The notes below the pieces were generated by a model. The model had not been told where the DNA came from. It did no database searches and was given only the letters and a program-made list of their open reading frames with translations. A program made the translations under genes and the position numbers. From contig CAZOCV010000002.1 of the NCBI GenBank assembly GCA_964578395.1, forward strand, positions 1 to 41,446: 41,446 bases of DNA. The letters are read 5' to 3'. Positions 1 to 8,961 of the stretch are shown piece by piece (positions within the stretch are counted from its first letter, which is position 1; the number at the start of each line of letters is the position of its first letter). Origin of the DNA: an uncultured Pirellulales bacterium. GTDB taxonomy: Bacteria; Planctomycetota; Phycisphaerae; Sedimentisphaerales; SM23-30.

Positions 1-579
1 CGCGTTCCTTAAAAGTCCCGCATACACGGGGGAAATACCAGACATCTTCTTCCGGGGTAAAACTTTGAGGGATATCCTGGGGCCGGAGAATCCAGGTATC
101 ATCCGGCAGGCGGCCGTTTTTGTCCGCGCGCGAGTCGGCATAAACCAGTTGGCGGGCCGAAGGGACCCGGATGGCATCCCTATTAAACGTGAAATTTTTA
201 ATGTCTTTGACGAAGTGGAAGAGGTGCGTATGGCTGCGGCTGAATTTATATTTGCAGTTGACGCCAAAGGTGTAGTACCAGACGACCCAACTGCGGCAAT
301 AAAGTCCTAATTCCCGCTGGAAAATCAGCTTTAATTCGGCGGCGAAGTCATCGCCGATGGCCAGCCAGAACGTGCCTGTGGGCTTGAGGGTCCGCACGAG
401 GGCTTCGCCCCAGGATTTCGACCAGGCTAAATATTCGTCGGCGGCCAGTTTATCTTCATAGACATCGTATTTGTAACCGATATTAAACGGCGGGTCGGCA
501 AAGGCCAAATCGACACTGCCTTCGGGAATGCGGGCCATACCCGCGATGCAATCTTCATTGTAGAGTTTGTCGAGCTTCA
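1..579 (-). CDS. DNA methyltransferase, beta-class amino-MTase (N6-adenine type most likely); first 193 codons only, 3' end lies outside the window
   Basis: Own minus-strand translation from ATG (revcomp of cat at 577-579): [61 protein letters not shown]... The DPPF catalytic motif lies close to the N-terminus. The frame stays open to position 1, so the ORF has no stop in the window and is absent from the supplied ORF track. Confidence 0.8.
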
Positions 580-714
580 TACGTTATTTAGCATATCAGG
601 ATTTTCGCCTTCTGCAAAGGATGTTTTCTGCAAATGGATTATGATTGCAGGGGGCGAGGAACGGCTTGTGGGTGGTGCGGATAAGGATATAATGGGCGGC
701 GGAGAAGTGTCACT

Positions 715-1380
715 ATGATAATAACGATAGATGGCCCGGCGGGATCGGGGAAGAGCACGGTGGCGGCGCGGCTGGCGGACCGGCTGGGGGCGGTGTATCT
801 GGATACGGGGGCGATGTATCGGTGCGTGACACTGGCGGCGCTGGAGCACGGCGCGGATTTGGATGATGCCGACGCGCTGGCGAAACTGGCGGCGGCGGTT
901 CGGATTGAGATGCGGCGGAGCGACGGGGTTAATCGCGTGCTGCTTGACGGGCGGGATGTGAGCGTGGCCATCCGCAGTAAAGAGGTTACGGATCATTCCG
1001 GTCCCATCGCTGATGCGCCGGGGGTTCGCGCCGAACTAGTGGCGCAGCAGCAGCGAATCGGGCGCGAGGCGGGATCACTGGTTACGGAAGGGCGGGATCA
1101 GGGCACGGTGGTGTTCCCGCGGGCGGAATATAAGTTTTACCTCGATGCGGAGGCGGGATGTCGCGCCCGCCGCCGCCATGAAGAACTGATGCAAAAGGGC
1201 GTGCCCGTTGATTATGATACTATTTTGGCCGCTCAATTGCGGCGCGATGAACGCGATAAAAATCGTGCGGTCGGCGGATTGAAAATACCAGAGGATGCCA
1301 CGGTGATTGACACCACACACATGAACATCACGGAAGTGGTGGAGACCCTTTATGGCCGGATAATGGGAGGGAACGGCTAA
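715..1380 (+). CDS. cmk: cytidylate kinase
   Basis: MIITIDGPAGSGKST P-loop, LDTGAMYR motif, 221 aa. TAATG 1-nt overlap with the next gene. Confidence 0.95.
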   Translation: MIITIDGPAGSGKSTVAARLADRLGAVYLDTGAMYRCVTLAALEHGADLDDADALAKLAAAVRIEMRRSDGVNRVLLDGRDVSVAIRSKEVTDHSGPIADAPGVRAELVAQQQRIGREAGSLVTEGRDQGTVVFPRAEYKFYLDAEAGCRARRRHEELMQKGVPVDYDTILAAQLRRDERDKNRAVGGLKIPEDATVIDTTHMNITEVVETLYGRIMGGNG

Positions 1381-2024
1381 TGCGGTTATGGTATCGTTTC
1401 TGGCAGAGTCTTATTCGGGGAGCATTTTGCGCGTATTTTCAGGTGCGGACGCTGGGGCGTAACCGGGTCCCCCTGACGGGTCCGGTGTTGCTGGTGAGCA
1501 ATCATCAGAGTTATATTGATCCGCCGCTATGCGGTATGGGGCTAAATCGGGAGCTGGACTATATCGCCCGCGACAGTCTTTTTCATAATCGGCTGTTCGG
1601 GCGGTTCATCGGTTCGCTCAATGCTTTTCCTATTCAGCGTGGCGCCGCCGACATCAAGGCCATCAAGACCGTTATCTCCCGGCTTAACGACGGTCGGGCG
1701 ATAGTGCTGTTCCCTGAAGGGACGCGCAGCGCGACGGGGCGCATCGGTGAAATTAAAAGCGGCATCGAACTGATCACGCGCCGGAGCAGCGCGGTGACGA
1801 TTCCCGTTGTTATTGACGGCGCTTATGAGGCCTGGCCGCGTCAACGGAAAATTCCCGGTCTCGGCCGCATCTTTGTTTATTTCGGCGAACCCATCTCCTC
1901 CGAGCAAGCCAAAGCCATGGCCAAAGGCGAATACGTCAAGCTTATCAATCAGCGTTTGCAGGCGATGCAGGCCGAGCTGCGTGCTCGGTATGGCCGTAAA
2001 CGTTTCGGCACGGAGGCGTTGTGA
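1380..2024 (+). CDS. plsC: 1-acyl-sn-glycerol-3-phosphate acyltransferase (LPAAT family)
   Basis: NHQSYIDP (HX4D) and FPEGTRS acyltransferase motifs. 214 aa with an N-terminal hydrophobic segment. Confidence 0.85.
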   Translation: MRLWYRFWQSLIRGAFCAYFQVRTLGRNRVPLTGPVLLVSNHQSYIDPPLCGMGLNRELDYIARDSLFHNRLFGRFIGSLNAFPIQRGAADIKAIKTVISRLNDGRAIVLFPEGTRSATGRIGEIKSGIELITRRSSAVTIPVVIDGAYEAWPRQRKIPGLGRIFVYFGEPISSEQAKAMAKGEYVKLINQRLQAMQAELRARYGRKRFGTEAL

Positions 2025-2911
2025 TGAAGATCATCATCTCGGAGAAGTGCGGTTTTTGTTTCGGCGTGGAGCACGCTATTGAACTGGCGGAGGAGATGCT
2101 GGCGCAGCGGAAAGTTGTTTATTGTCTCGGCTCGATCATTCATAACAAGCAGGTGGTGGATCGTCTGGCCGAACGCGGGCTTAAAGTGGTGGAAGACCTG
2201 CGTGAAATTCCGTCCACGCCGGCGGGCGCGCCGGAAGAAGATATTCCCACCGTTCTGATTCGCAGCCACGGCTGTCACCCGGACACGCTGGCGGAAATCG
2301 CGCGGCGGGGACTGCGGCTTGCCGATGCGACGTGCATTCTCGTCAAGCGCGCCCAGAAACTTGTGCGTGAGCTGCACGAACAGGGTTACAAAGTGGTCAT
2401 TATCGGCGACCCGGACCATCCCGAAGTTCAGGGCGCGGTGGGATATGCGCCGAGGGTGACGGTGGTGGCGGATGAGAGTGATTTGGCGCGTCTGCCCGTC
2501 GGCGGCAAGCTGGCGGTCGTATCGCAAACGACGCATTCGCCGGCGGACTTCATCCGGCTGGTGGGTCTGATAGCCGCACGGGGTTTTGATGAGCTTCGCG
2601 TGATTAATACTATTTGCCGGGAAACGGCCCGGCGGCAGGAAGCGGCCGTAGCACTGTGCGCGCGCGTCGATGTGATGTTCGTGCTGGGAGGGCGGAATTC
2701 GGCCAATACGGGCGAATTGGCCCAACTTTGCCGCCGGCAGGGAGTGACGACGCACCTGCTGGAAAGCTCGGTTGATTTTGATCCGGTCACCATTGTCGGG
2801 GTCAAAACCGTCGGCGTTACGGCCGGAGCTTCGACGCCGGAGTGGATTATCCGTGATTTTGTCGCCCGGCTGAATGAGGCTTCGGACGAATCGGCCCAAG
2901 CAAAGCCATAA
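2024..2911 (+). CDS. ispH: 4-hydroxy-3-methylbut-2-enyl diphosphate reductase
   Basis: GFCFGVEHAI, IIHN, VVSQTT and GGRNSANT signatures of IspH/LytB. ATG at 2024 overlaps the plsC stop (GTG at 2021 is an alternative start). Confidence 0.95.
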   Translation: MKIIISEKCGFCFGVEHAIELAEEMLAQRKVVYCLGSIIHNKQVVDRLAERGLKVVEDLREIPSTPAGAPEEDIPTVLIRSHGCHPDTLAEIARRGLRLADATCILVKRAQKLVRELHEQGYKVVIIGDPDHPEVQGAVGYAPRVTVVADESDLARLPVGGKLAVVSQTTHSPADFIRLVGLIAARGFDELRVINTICRETARRQEAAVALCARVDVMFVLGGRNSANTGELAQLCRRQGVTTHLLESSVDFDPVTIVGVKTVGVTAGASTPEWIIRDFVARLNEASDESAQAKP

Positions 2912-2973
2912 AATTTCAGCGACTATCGCACTGGTCTTATCAGGTTTGGGGGTCTAAAATTAAACAGAGCCAA

Positions 2974-4191
2974 ATGGATTATATCGAGATGGCTACAGAA
3001 CACGTACACACAGATACTTACACCTACATAGAGGCCGTCTGGCATATTTTGTTGGAACTGGCGCCGTGGCTGCTATTGGGGATGGCCATTGCGGGCCTGC
3101 TGCATGTGCTGTTACCGATAGGGTTTGTGCGCAAGCATCTGGGCGGTGGATTGTGGTCAGGAGTGTTTAAGGCGGTGGCGGTGGGCGTGCCATTGCCGTT
3201 ATGTTCGTGCGGGGTGATACCGGCGGCGCTGGGATTGCGGCGGGATGGGGCGTCGAAGGGGGCGACGGTGGGTTTTTTGATAAGCACGCCGCAAACGGGA
3301 GTGGATTCGATATTGGTGAGCGCGACGTTTTTGGGGTGGCCGTTCGCATTGTTTAAGGTGGGGGCGGCATTGCTGAGCGGTATGGTAGGGGGGGTGTTGA
3401 CGGGATATTTGGTTAAAGAGCGAAATTCAGTAAATGCGACCGTGGGGGTTGATGATGCTGTATCAGAACAAACATTGCCCAAGGGAAGTGAGCGCGGGCA
3501 GGGAGCATGTCATACTGAAGAAGAGCGCGGGCAGGATGCCCGCGTCACGGGGCGGGGAGTGCGGGAACTGGTGCGGTTTGGATTTATCCAGTTGCTGGGG
3601 GATGTGTATCGGTGGCTGATTGTGGGCGTACTGGTTGCGGCGGCGATAACGACGTTTATTCCGGAAGGCAAGCTCGCGGAATATGCGTGGCTGCAGGGGC
3701 CGTGGGGGTTGGTGGTGATGCTGCTTATCGGGATGCCGATGTATGTCTGCGCGGTGGCGTCGGTGCCGCTGGCGTCGGCGCTGGTGGCGGCCGGACTGCC
3801 GGCGGGAGCAGCGCTGGTGTTGCTGATGGCGGGGCCGACGACGAACGTAGCGACGATGGGAGCGATTTTACGCGGCCTGGGAAAAGGGGCACTGGCGGTG
3901 TATATGCTTACCGTCGCGGTGATGAGCGTGGTATTGGGGTGGTTGTTTGATTTTGTTTTAACGGTTCGGCCGGGCATGGGCGGGCATGTGCATCCGCTGC
4001 CGGAATGGATTAATATCGGGGCGGCGGTCGTGCTGCTGGTGATGCTGGGATATTTTATTAGTCGTGATGTTTATCGTTGGCGGCGAACGGCGGCGGCGAC
4101 ATGTTGCCATGAAGGTGAGCCTATGCTTTCGGCGGGCGCATCGTGCTGCTGTCATGAAGAAAACGCTGACCATTGTAAGGACGGTAAATAG
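2974..4191 (+). CDS. multi-pass permease of the ArsP/DUF318 type, resembling SO_0444-family Cu/Zn efflux transporters, with a Cys/His-rich C-terminal tail
   Basis: PLCSCGVIP motif in the first half and a matching second half (MYVCAVASVPL). About 8-10 hydrophobic segments. C-terminal tail CCHEGE...CCCHEENADHC suggests metal binding. The central hydrophilic loop carries a repeat element (see findings). Confidence 0.7.
   Translation: MDYIEMATEHVHTDTYTYIEAVWHILLELAPWLLLGMAIAGLLHVLLPIGFVRKHLGGGLWSGVFKAVAVGVPLPLCSCGVIPAALGLRRDGASKGATVGFLISTPQTGVDSILVSATFLGWPFALFKVGAALLSGMVGGVLTGYLVKERNSVNATVGVDDAVSEQTLPKGSERGQGACHTEEERGQDARVTGRGVRELVRFGFIQLLGDVYRWLIVGVLVAAAITTFIPEGKLAEYAWLQGPWGLVVMLLIGMPMYVCAVASVPLASALVAAGLPAGAALVLLMAGPTTNVATMGAILRGLGKGALAVYMLTVAVMSVVLGWLFDFVLTVRPGMGGHVHPLPEWINIGAAVVLLVMLGYFISRDVYRWRRTAAATCCHEGEPMLSAGASCCCHEENADHCKDGK
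3490..3544. repeat. in-frame tandem 13-nt repeat (gagcgcgggcagg, 33-nt offset) ending in the GC-rich mini-palindrome cgcgggcaggatgcccgcg
   Basis: gagcgcgggcagg at 3490-3502 and 3523-3535. The palindrome at 3526-3544 (gcgggc-aggat-gcccgc) encodes ERGQGACHTEE-ERGQDARVTG in the central loop of the permease. Confidence 0.8.
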
Positions 4192-4202
4192 TTTCTGCGA
4201 CA

Positions 4203-4238
4203 GATGCGTCCGATAATTGGGGGATGCGTCCGATAATT
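4203..4238. promoter_or_regulatory. two exact 16-bp direct repeats gatgcgtccgataatt spaced 20 bp start-to-start; candidate protein-binding site
   Basis: Copies at 4203-4218 and 4223-4238, with a degenerate third copy (tgcgtctgatttt) from 4240. Located between the permease stop (4191) and the MBOAT start (4379). Confidence 0.45.
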
Positions 4239-4378
4239 TGCGTCTGATTTTAACGAATGTAGGGATGAGGGGGAATTTAATGCCTGCGCGGGGGGGTATT
4301 TGTCGATAAACCTATCAAGACGGTTAGCCGCACCGATGCGCTTATCGGCACGGCAATACATAACGTACGGACGTAACG

Positions 4379-5800
4379 ATGCTGTTTAATACAGTGACAT
4401 TTTGTATTTTCGCGGTGATATTTTTCGCCGGGTGGAGATGGTTTCGGCGAGGGAATAACCGGCGCTGGGGGTATCTGACGGCGGCGTCCTTCGTCTTTTA
4501 TGGATGGTGGGACTGGCGGTTTCTGTTTTTGCTGATCGCCAGCGGGCTGGTGGATTTTCTGGCGGCGCTGGGGATGGAGCGTTACCCACGGCGGCGTAAG
4601 TTATTTCTCATCGCTTCCATCCTCATGAACCTGGGGTGTCTGGGTTTGTTCAAATATCTGGATTTTCTGCTGGCGACGTGCGGGAGCCTGCTGGGATGGT
4701 GCGGCCTGGACGTGAGTATTAAGCCTGTGGGACTTATTCTGCCGGTGGGCATCAGTTTTTACACGTTTCAGTCGATGAGTTATTCGATAGATGTATATCG
4801 GCAGCGACTGAAGCCGACGCATAACGTGCTGCATTTTTTCGCGTATCTGAGTTTGTTTCCGCAACTGGTGGCCGGGCCGATTGTGCGGGCAGCGCAATTG
4901 CTGGGGCAGATGACGCAGGCGCCGCCGGTTACGGAGGAGCAGCGCTGGGACGGGATGAAGCTGATCGTGCAGGGATTTTTCAAGAAGATGGTGATTGCCG
5001 ATAATCTGGCGCCGATTGTCGTGGCGGCCTTCAGCGCTGCTACGCCGATGCCGTCGAGTTTGTACTGGTGGGTGATTATGATCATGTTCGCCTTTCAGAT
5101 TTATGGCGATTTCAGCGGCTACAGCGATATCGCGCGGGGGCTGGGGCGATGGATGGGGTATGATTTCGGCGTGAATTTCAACCATCCGTATCTGGCGACG
5201 AGTTTGCGGGATTTCTGGTCGCGGTGGCATATTTCGCTATCGACGTGGTTTCGGGATTACGTGTATATTCCGCTGGGCGGGTCGCAGCGCGGGGCGGGAC
5301 GAGCGCACGTCAATATGTGGATTACGATGGTTTTGTCGGGATTGTGGCACGGGGCGGCGTGGACGTTCATTGTCTGGGGGGCATTGCACGCAGCGCTGCT
5401 GTCGGTGGAGCGGTTGACGCGCTGGCCGGAGCGAATCATGCGGCGAACGGGAGGGCGACATCTGGCGGTTTTGCTGGTGTTTGTTTTCGTGCTGGCGAGT
5501 TGGGTGTTTTTCCGGGCGGAATCAATGACGCAGGCGCTGCGGATTCTGGCCATTATGTTCTGCTGGCAAACAGCTCAAGGGCATGTGCTGCGCGATGTCA
5601 TTACGTATGACGGCCTGTTTTTCCTGGCGCTGATTGTTCTGCGGCAGCTTTATGTTTATTTCAACATTGATTTGAATATTGACCGATGGGTGAAAGCGCC
5701 GATGCCGTATATATCCCAACCGGTGTTTTATGCGCTGATTCTGGCGGCGTGCTTATTTTGGCGCGGTGCGGGAAGCGTGTTTATCTATTTTCAGTTTTAG
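4379..5800 (+). CDS. MBOAT-family membrane-bound O-acyltransferase (AlgI/PatA/DltB-like)
   Basis: FYTFQSMSYSIDVYR, FWSRWHISLSTWFRDYVYIPLGG and GLWHGA motifs. 473 aa polytopic protein. Confidence 0.9.
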   Translation: MLFNTVTFCIFAVIFFAGWRWFRRGNNRRWGYLTAASFVFYGWWDWRFLFLLIASGLVDFLAALGMERYPRRRKLFLIASILMNLGCLGLFKYLDFLLATCGSLLGWCGLDVSIKPVGLILPVGISFYTFQSMSYSIDVYRQRLKPTHNVLHFFAYLSLFPQLVAGPIVRAAQLLGQMTQAPPVTEEQRWDGMKLIVQGFFKKMVIADNLAPIVVAAFSAATPMPSSLYWWVIMIMFAFQIYGDFSGYSDIARGLGRWMGYDFGVNFNHPYLATSLRDFWSRWHISLSTWFRDYVYIPLGGSQRGAGRAHVNMWITMVLSGLWHGAAWTFIVWGALHAALLSVERLTRWPERIMRRTGGRHLAVLLVFVFVLASWVFFRAESMTQALRILAIMFCWQTAQGHVLRDVITYDGLFFLALIVLRQLYVYFNIDLNIDRWVKAPMPYISQPVFYALILAACLFWRGAGSVFIYFQF

Positions 5801-5871
5801 CAGGATGGCAAAATGATTCAGCCCTGATGGAAGGGCGAGGAACGCGGAATAACAAAAACATCAGAACCTTA

Positions 5872-6813
5872 ATGACTCAAGTAAAGAAAAAACCGGATCG
5901 ATGCGTTGTGTGCGCCGTGCTGGCGGGGACGGCGGTTCTCTTTATCGGCCTGGGCCGGGAGCAAGCCAATGACGATTTTGACAAGGCGTTCTGGGTGAAC
6001 AAATATACGTGGTCGCGCAATGCGGATGTGGTGCTGGCGGGAGATTCGCAGGTGCTGCACGGCGTAACTCCGGAAGCGCTGGCGGAAGAGATGGGACAGG
6101 GACGTGTTTTGAATTATGCCTTTCGCGGACTGGGGTATGACCAGGAGTACCTTCAGGCGGTGGATCGAATAATAGATTACCAAAGTTCCAGGCCGACGGT
6201 GGTTCTGGGAATTTCGCCTTACTCTCTGACGCGCAACGCGCAGAATCATAATCAGTTTAAATCGCGCGCCCTATTTGAGGGAAAAACCCTTTCGGCGCGG
6301 CTGCCGGCCTGGTCACGCGGTTTCTACCGGCGTATTCGGCCCGTGACGGCCTGTCGGGAGCGCCTGGCGGGGATGACCATGAACTATAAGGAAGTTTACT
6401 ACCCCAACGGCTGGATTGCCGCGGATTATGAAGGACCGGTGGTGTCGGATGTTGACAGGTATCGGTTGTTATTTCTCGATAATCCGGTGGATAGCGACGT
6501 TATGGAAAGTCTTTTTCGTCAGGTCGAGCAATGGCGAAAAAGGGGGGTAAGGGTGTATGGATTTCATCCGCCGTCTTCCCGGGAAATGGCCATGGTGGAG
6601 AAAACGTTAAGCGGATTTCAGGAAAGTGATTTTAAGCGACGATTTCAGGCGGCGGGCGGGTGTTGGCTGGAAGTGCCGCTGTTCGGATATGATTCCTATG
6701 ACAATCGTCACCTGACGCGGCAGGGAGCGCTGGCGTTTACGCGGGACCTTGCCCAGCATATTAAGGTTGCGCCGGTGCAATTGTCGCAAGAGATGACGGT
6801 GAGTGAACAATGA
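5872..6813 (+). CDS. membrane-anchored SGNH/DltD/AlgJ-like partner of the MBOAT enzyme
   Basis: Internal ATG at 5872 (MTQVKKKPDR + TM helix CVVCAVLAGTAVLFIGL) was chosen because the longest ORF (5686) overlaps the MBOAT gene by 115 nt. VVLAGDSQV (GDS block I) and YDNRHLT (DxxH block V). Position directly after an MBOAT gene is typical of acyl-transfer partners. ATG at 5827 is an alternative start. Confidence 0.6.
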   Translation: MTQVKKKPDRCVVCAVLAGTAVLFIGLGREQANDDFDKAFWVNKYTWSRNADVVLAGDSQVLHGVTPEALAEEMGQGRVLNYAFRGLGYDQEYLQAVDRIIDYQSSRPTVVLGISPYSLTRNAQNHNQFKSRALFEGKTLSARLPAWSRGFYRRIRPVTACRERLAGMTMNYKEVYYPNGWIAADYEGPVVSDVDRYRLLFLDNPVDSDVMESLFRQVEQWRKRGVRVYGFHPPSSREMAMVEKTLSGFQESDFKRRFQAAGGCWLEVPLFGYDSYDNRHLTRQGALAFTRDLAQHIKVAPVQLSQEMTVSEQ

Positions 6814-6854
6814 CGGCATAGCGCCAAAAAGGGTAGCGGACCGGTCGGACGCCG

Positions 6855-7877
6855 TCAGCAGATGCGGGGGAGTTCTTCGCCGTAGGGGCGCTGGATGATG
6901 CGGCGGCCGCCGGCGCGAGTGATGAGTTCGGCGATGGGGCGGCCGGAAGTTATTTGTCCAATGATAGCGGCATGGCGGCCGAGAGCGTGATGGCGACAGG
7001 CGGCGAGAACTTTTTCGGCATCCGGAGCAGCAACGACGGCGAGACATTTACCTTCATTGGCGACGGTCAGCGGGTCCAGTCCCAACAGTTCGGCAATATG
7101 GCGCGCCGCGGTAGTGAGGGGAATATGCGATTCTTGGAGTTCAACCGTCAGGCCGGAGTCTTCGGCCAAATCCGCCACGAGGCCGGCCAGACCGCCGCGG
7201 GTGGCGTCGCGGAGGAATTTGATATCGCCGCCGGTATCCATCATAGCGGCGATGAGGCCGTTAAGGGGCGCAACGTCGCTTTTTAGCTGTGTTTGGAAAG
7301 CGAGGCCTTCGCGGGCGCTCATGACGGCCAGGCCGTGCTCGGCAATGGCGCCGTTGATGAGGATGACGTCGCCGGGTTGGATACGGCGGACGTCGAGACC
7401 GCCTCGCGGGCAGTCCGCCAAGGGCGGACGCGACACGCCGACGCCGGCGGTGGTGAGGGTCATGCCGGCGGGGCCGCGGGCTTCGATGACTTTGGTGTCG
7501 CCGGTGGCGACGATGACGCCGGCGTCGCGGGCGGTGGCGGCGATGGCGTCGAGAACACGGTCCAGCAAAGTCAGCTCCAGCCCTTCCTCCAATACCAGCG
7601 CCAGGCTTAGCCATTGGGGCTTAGCGCCCATGACGGCCAAATCGTTGACCGTGCCGGCTACGGCGAGATGGCCGATGTTGCCACCGGGGAATTCCAGCGG
7701 CTGGACGACGTAAGCGTCGGTAGTGAAACAGAGCCGGCCGGACGGAACGTCGAAAAGGGCGGCATCGGTCAGCGGGTTGAGGATATCGTTACCCAGGCGA
7801 GGGATGATGTGTTCGGCGATGAGGCGTTTGGTGAGTTCGCCGCCGCCGCCGTGGGCCAGGATGATGCGGTCGTTCAT
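6855..7877 (-). CDS. hypE: hydrogenase maturation protein HypE (carbamoyl dehydratase)
   Basis: MNDRIILAHGGGG N-terminus, PurM-like fold motifs, C-terminal PRIC. The start at 7877 makes an ATGA overlap with the hypD stop. The longer track ORF (to 7982) was rejected. Confidence 0.93.
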   Translation of the reverse strand: MNDRIILAHGGGGELTKRLIAEHIIPRLGNDILNPLTDAALFDVPSGRLCFTTDAYVVQPLEFPGGNIGHLAVAGTVNDLAVMGAKPQWLSLALVLEEGLELTLLDRVLDAIAATARDAGVIVATGDTKVIEARGPAGMTLTTAGVGVSRPPLADCPRGGLDVRRIQPGDVILINGAIAEHGLAVMSAREGLAFQTQLKSDVAPLNGLIAAMMDTGGDIKFLRDATRGGLAGLVADLAEDSGLTVELQESHIPLTTAARHIAELLGLDPLTVANEGKCLAVVAAPDAEKVLAACRHHALGRHAAIIGQITSGRPIAELITRAGGRRIIQRPYGEELPRIC

Positions 7878-8944
7878 GAGTGTTCCCCGTATTTGTACCA
7901 GGCCGAACAGGTTCCTTCGCTGCTGACCATGCAAGGCCCGACGGGGGACATGGGGGTGCAGCGTTTGCCGAAAAGGGGGCATTGGGCCGGTTCGACTTTG
8001 CCCTGAATCACTTCGCCGCAGCGGCAGCCGGGGAGTTCTTCGCCGGGTTCTTCGGTGAGGCCGAAGCGGTCGAAGGCGTCGAAGGCGCGGAATGGGTCAC
8101 GGAGTTTGAGGCCGCTTTGGGGCAGAACACCCATCGCGCGCCATATTGCGTCGGCGGGTTCAAACACTTTGTCAATCAGTTTCCGGGCGTTGGGGTTGCC
8201 CTGCGGTTTTACCGCGACGGAATAGGCATTTTCCACGGCCGGTCGGTCTGCGGCCAATTGGCGCGTCAGAAGCAGAATGGCTTGCAGCATGTTGGCCGCC
8301 TCGAAGCCGGCTACGACGCAGCCTTTGCCGAAATGCTCGACAATAGGCCGATAGGCGTCGGCACCGATGATGATGCTGACGTGGCCGGGGCAGAGGAAGC
8401 CGTCGATGCCGACTTCGCCGCCCTGGAGCAAAATCATCATCGCGGGCACAACGAGCTTGTGGCCGGGGAGGATGAAAAAGTTATGGATGCGGCGTTGTTG
8501 TGCTTCGAGAACGGCGGCGGCGGTGCCGGGTGTAGTGGTTTCAAAGCCGACGGCCAGAAAAATTACCTGGCGTTGAGGATTCTCCGCGGCGAAGGCGACG
8601 GCGTCGCGGGGGGAATAGACCACGCGGACCTGTGCGCCCTGCGCCCGTGCGGTTTCCAGGCTGCCGGATTTACCGGGCACGCGGACCATGTCGCCGTAGG
8701 TGCAGATGGTGACGTCTTTGCGTTGGGCCAGCGCGCAGGCGACGTCGAGATAACCCTGGCCGGTGACGCAGACGGGGCAGCCGGGGCCGCTGATAAGTTT
8801 GATATTTTGGGGCAGGAGGCTTTTGACGCCGCTGCGAAAAAGGCTCACGGTGTGCGTGCCGCATACTTCCATGATGCGGACGGATTCCAATCCCGCACAG
8901 GCGGTGTTGATGTCGGCGAGCAGTTTTGGTATGGCTTCAGTCAT
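7874..8944 (-). CDS. hypD: hydrogenase maturation protein HypD
   Basis: MEVCGTHT, GPGCPVC, GFETT and CPGHVS motifs. ATG at 8944 chosen because the upstream extension to 8983 runs into a repeat element. Confidence 0.93.
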   Translation of the reverse strand: MTEAIPKLLADINTACAGLESVRIMEVCGTHTVSLFRSGVKSLLPQNIKLISGPGCPVCVTGQGYLDVACALAQRKDVTICTYGDMVRVPGKSGSLETARAQGAQVRVVYSPRDAVAFAAENPQRQVIFLAVGFETTTPGTAAAVLEAQQRRIHNFFILPGHKLVVPAMMILLQGGEVGIDGFLCPGHVSIIIGADAYRPIVEHFGKGCVVAGFEAANMLQAILLLTRQLAADRPAVENAYSVAVKPQGNPNARKLIDKVFEPADAIWRAMGVLPQSGLKLRDPFRAFDAFDRFGLTEEPGEELPGCRCGEVIQGKVEPAQCPLFGKRCTPMSPVGPCMVSSEGTCSAWYKYGEHS

Positions 8945-8961
8945 ATTAAAATATTTTTCTA

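Noticed and set aside
5686-5871. Longest-ORF N-terminal extensions. The example is the SGNH-like gene. The same issue applies to hypE to 7982, hypD to 8983, GT9 from 17850, CE7 to 23421, UDPGP to 30360, CapK-like to 32964 and GT4 to 37527.
   Set aside because: The extensions overlap upstream genes or run into intergenic repeats. They are not part of the conserved family N-termini. Internal starts give short gaps or ATGA-type overlaps.
6811-6857. Hairpin tgacggc...gccgtca between the SGNH-like gene and hypE as a bidirectional terminator
   Set aside because: The stem is only 7 bp with a loop of about 33 nt and no flanking T or A run. The right arm overlaps the hypE stop codon. This is too weak to call.
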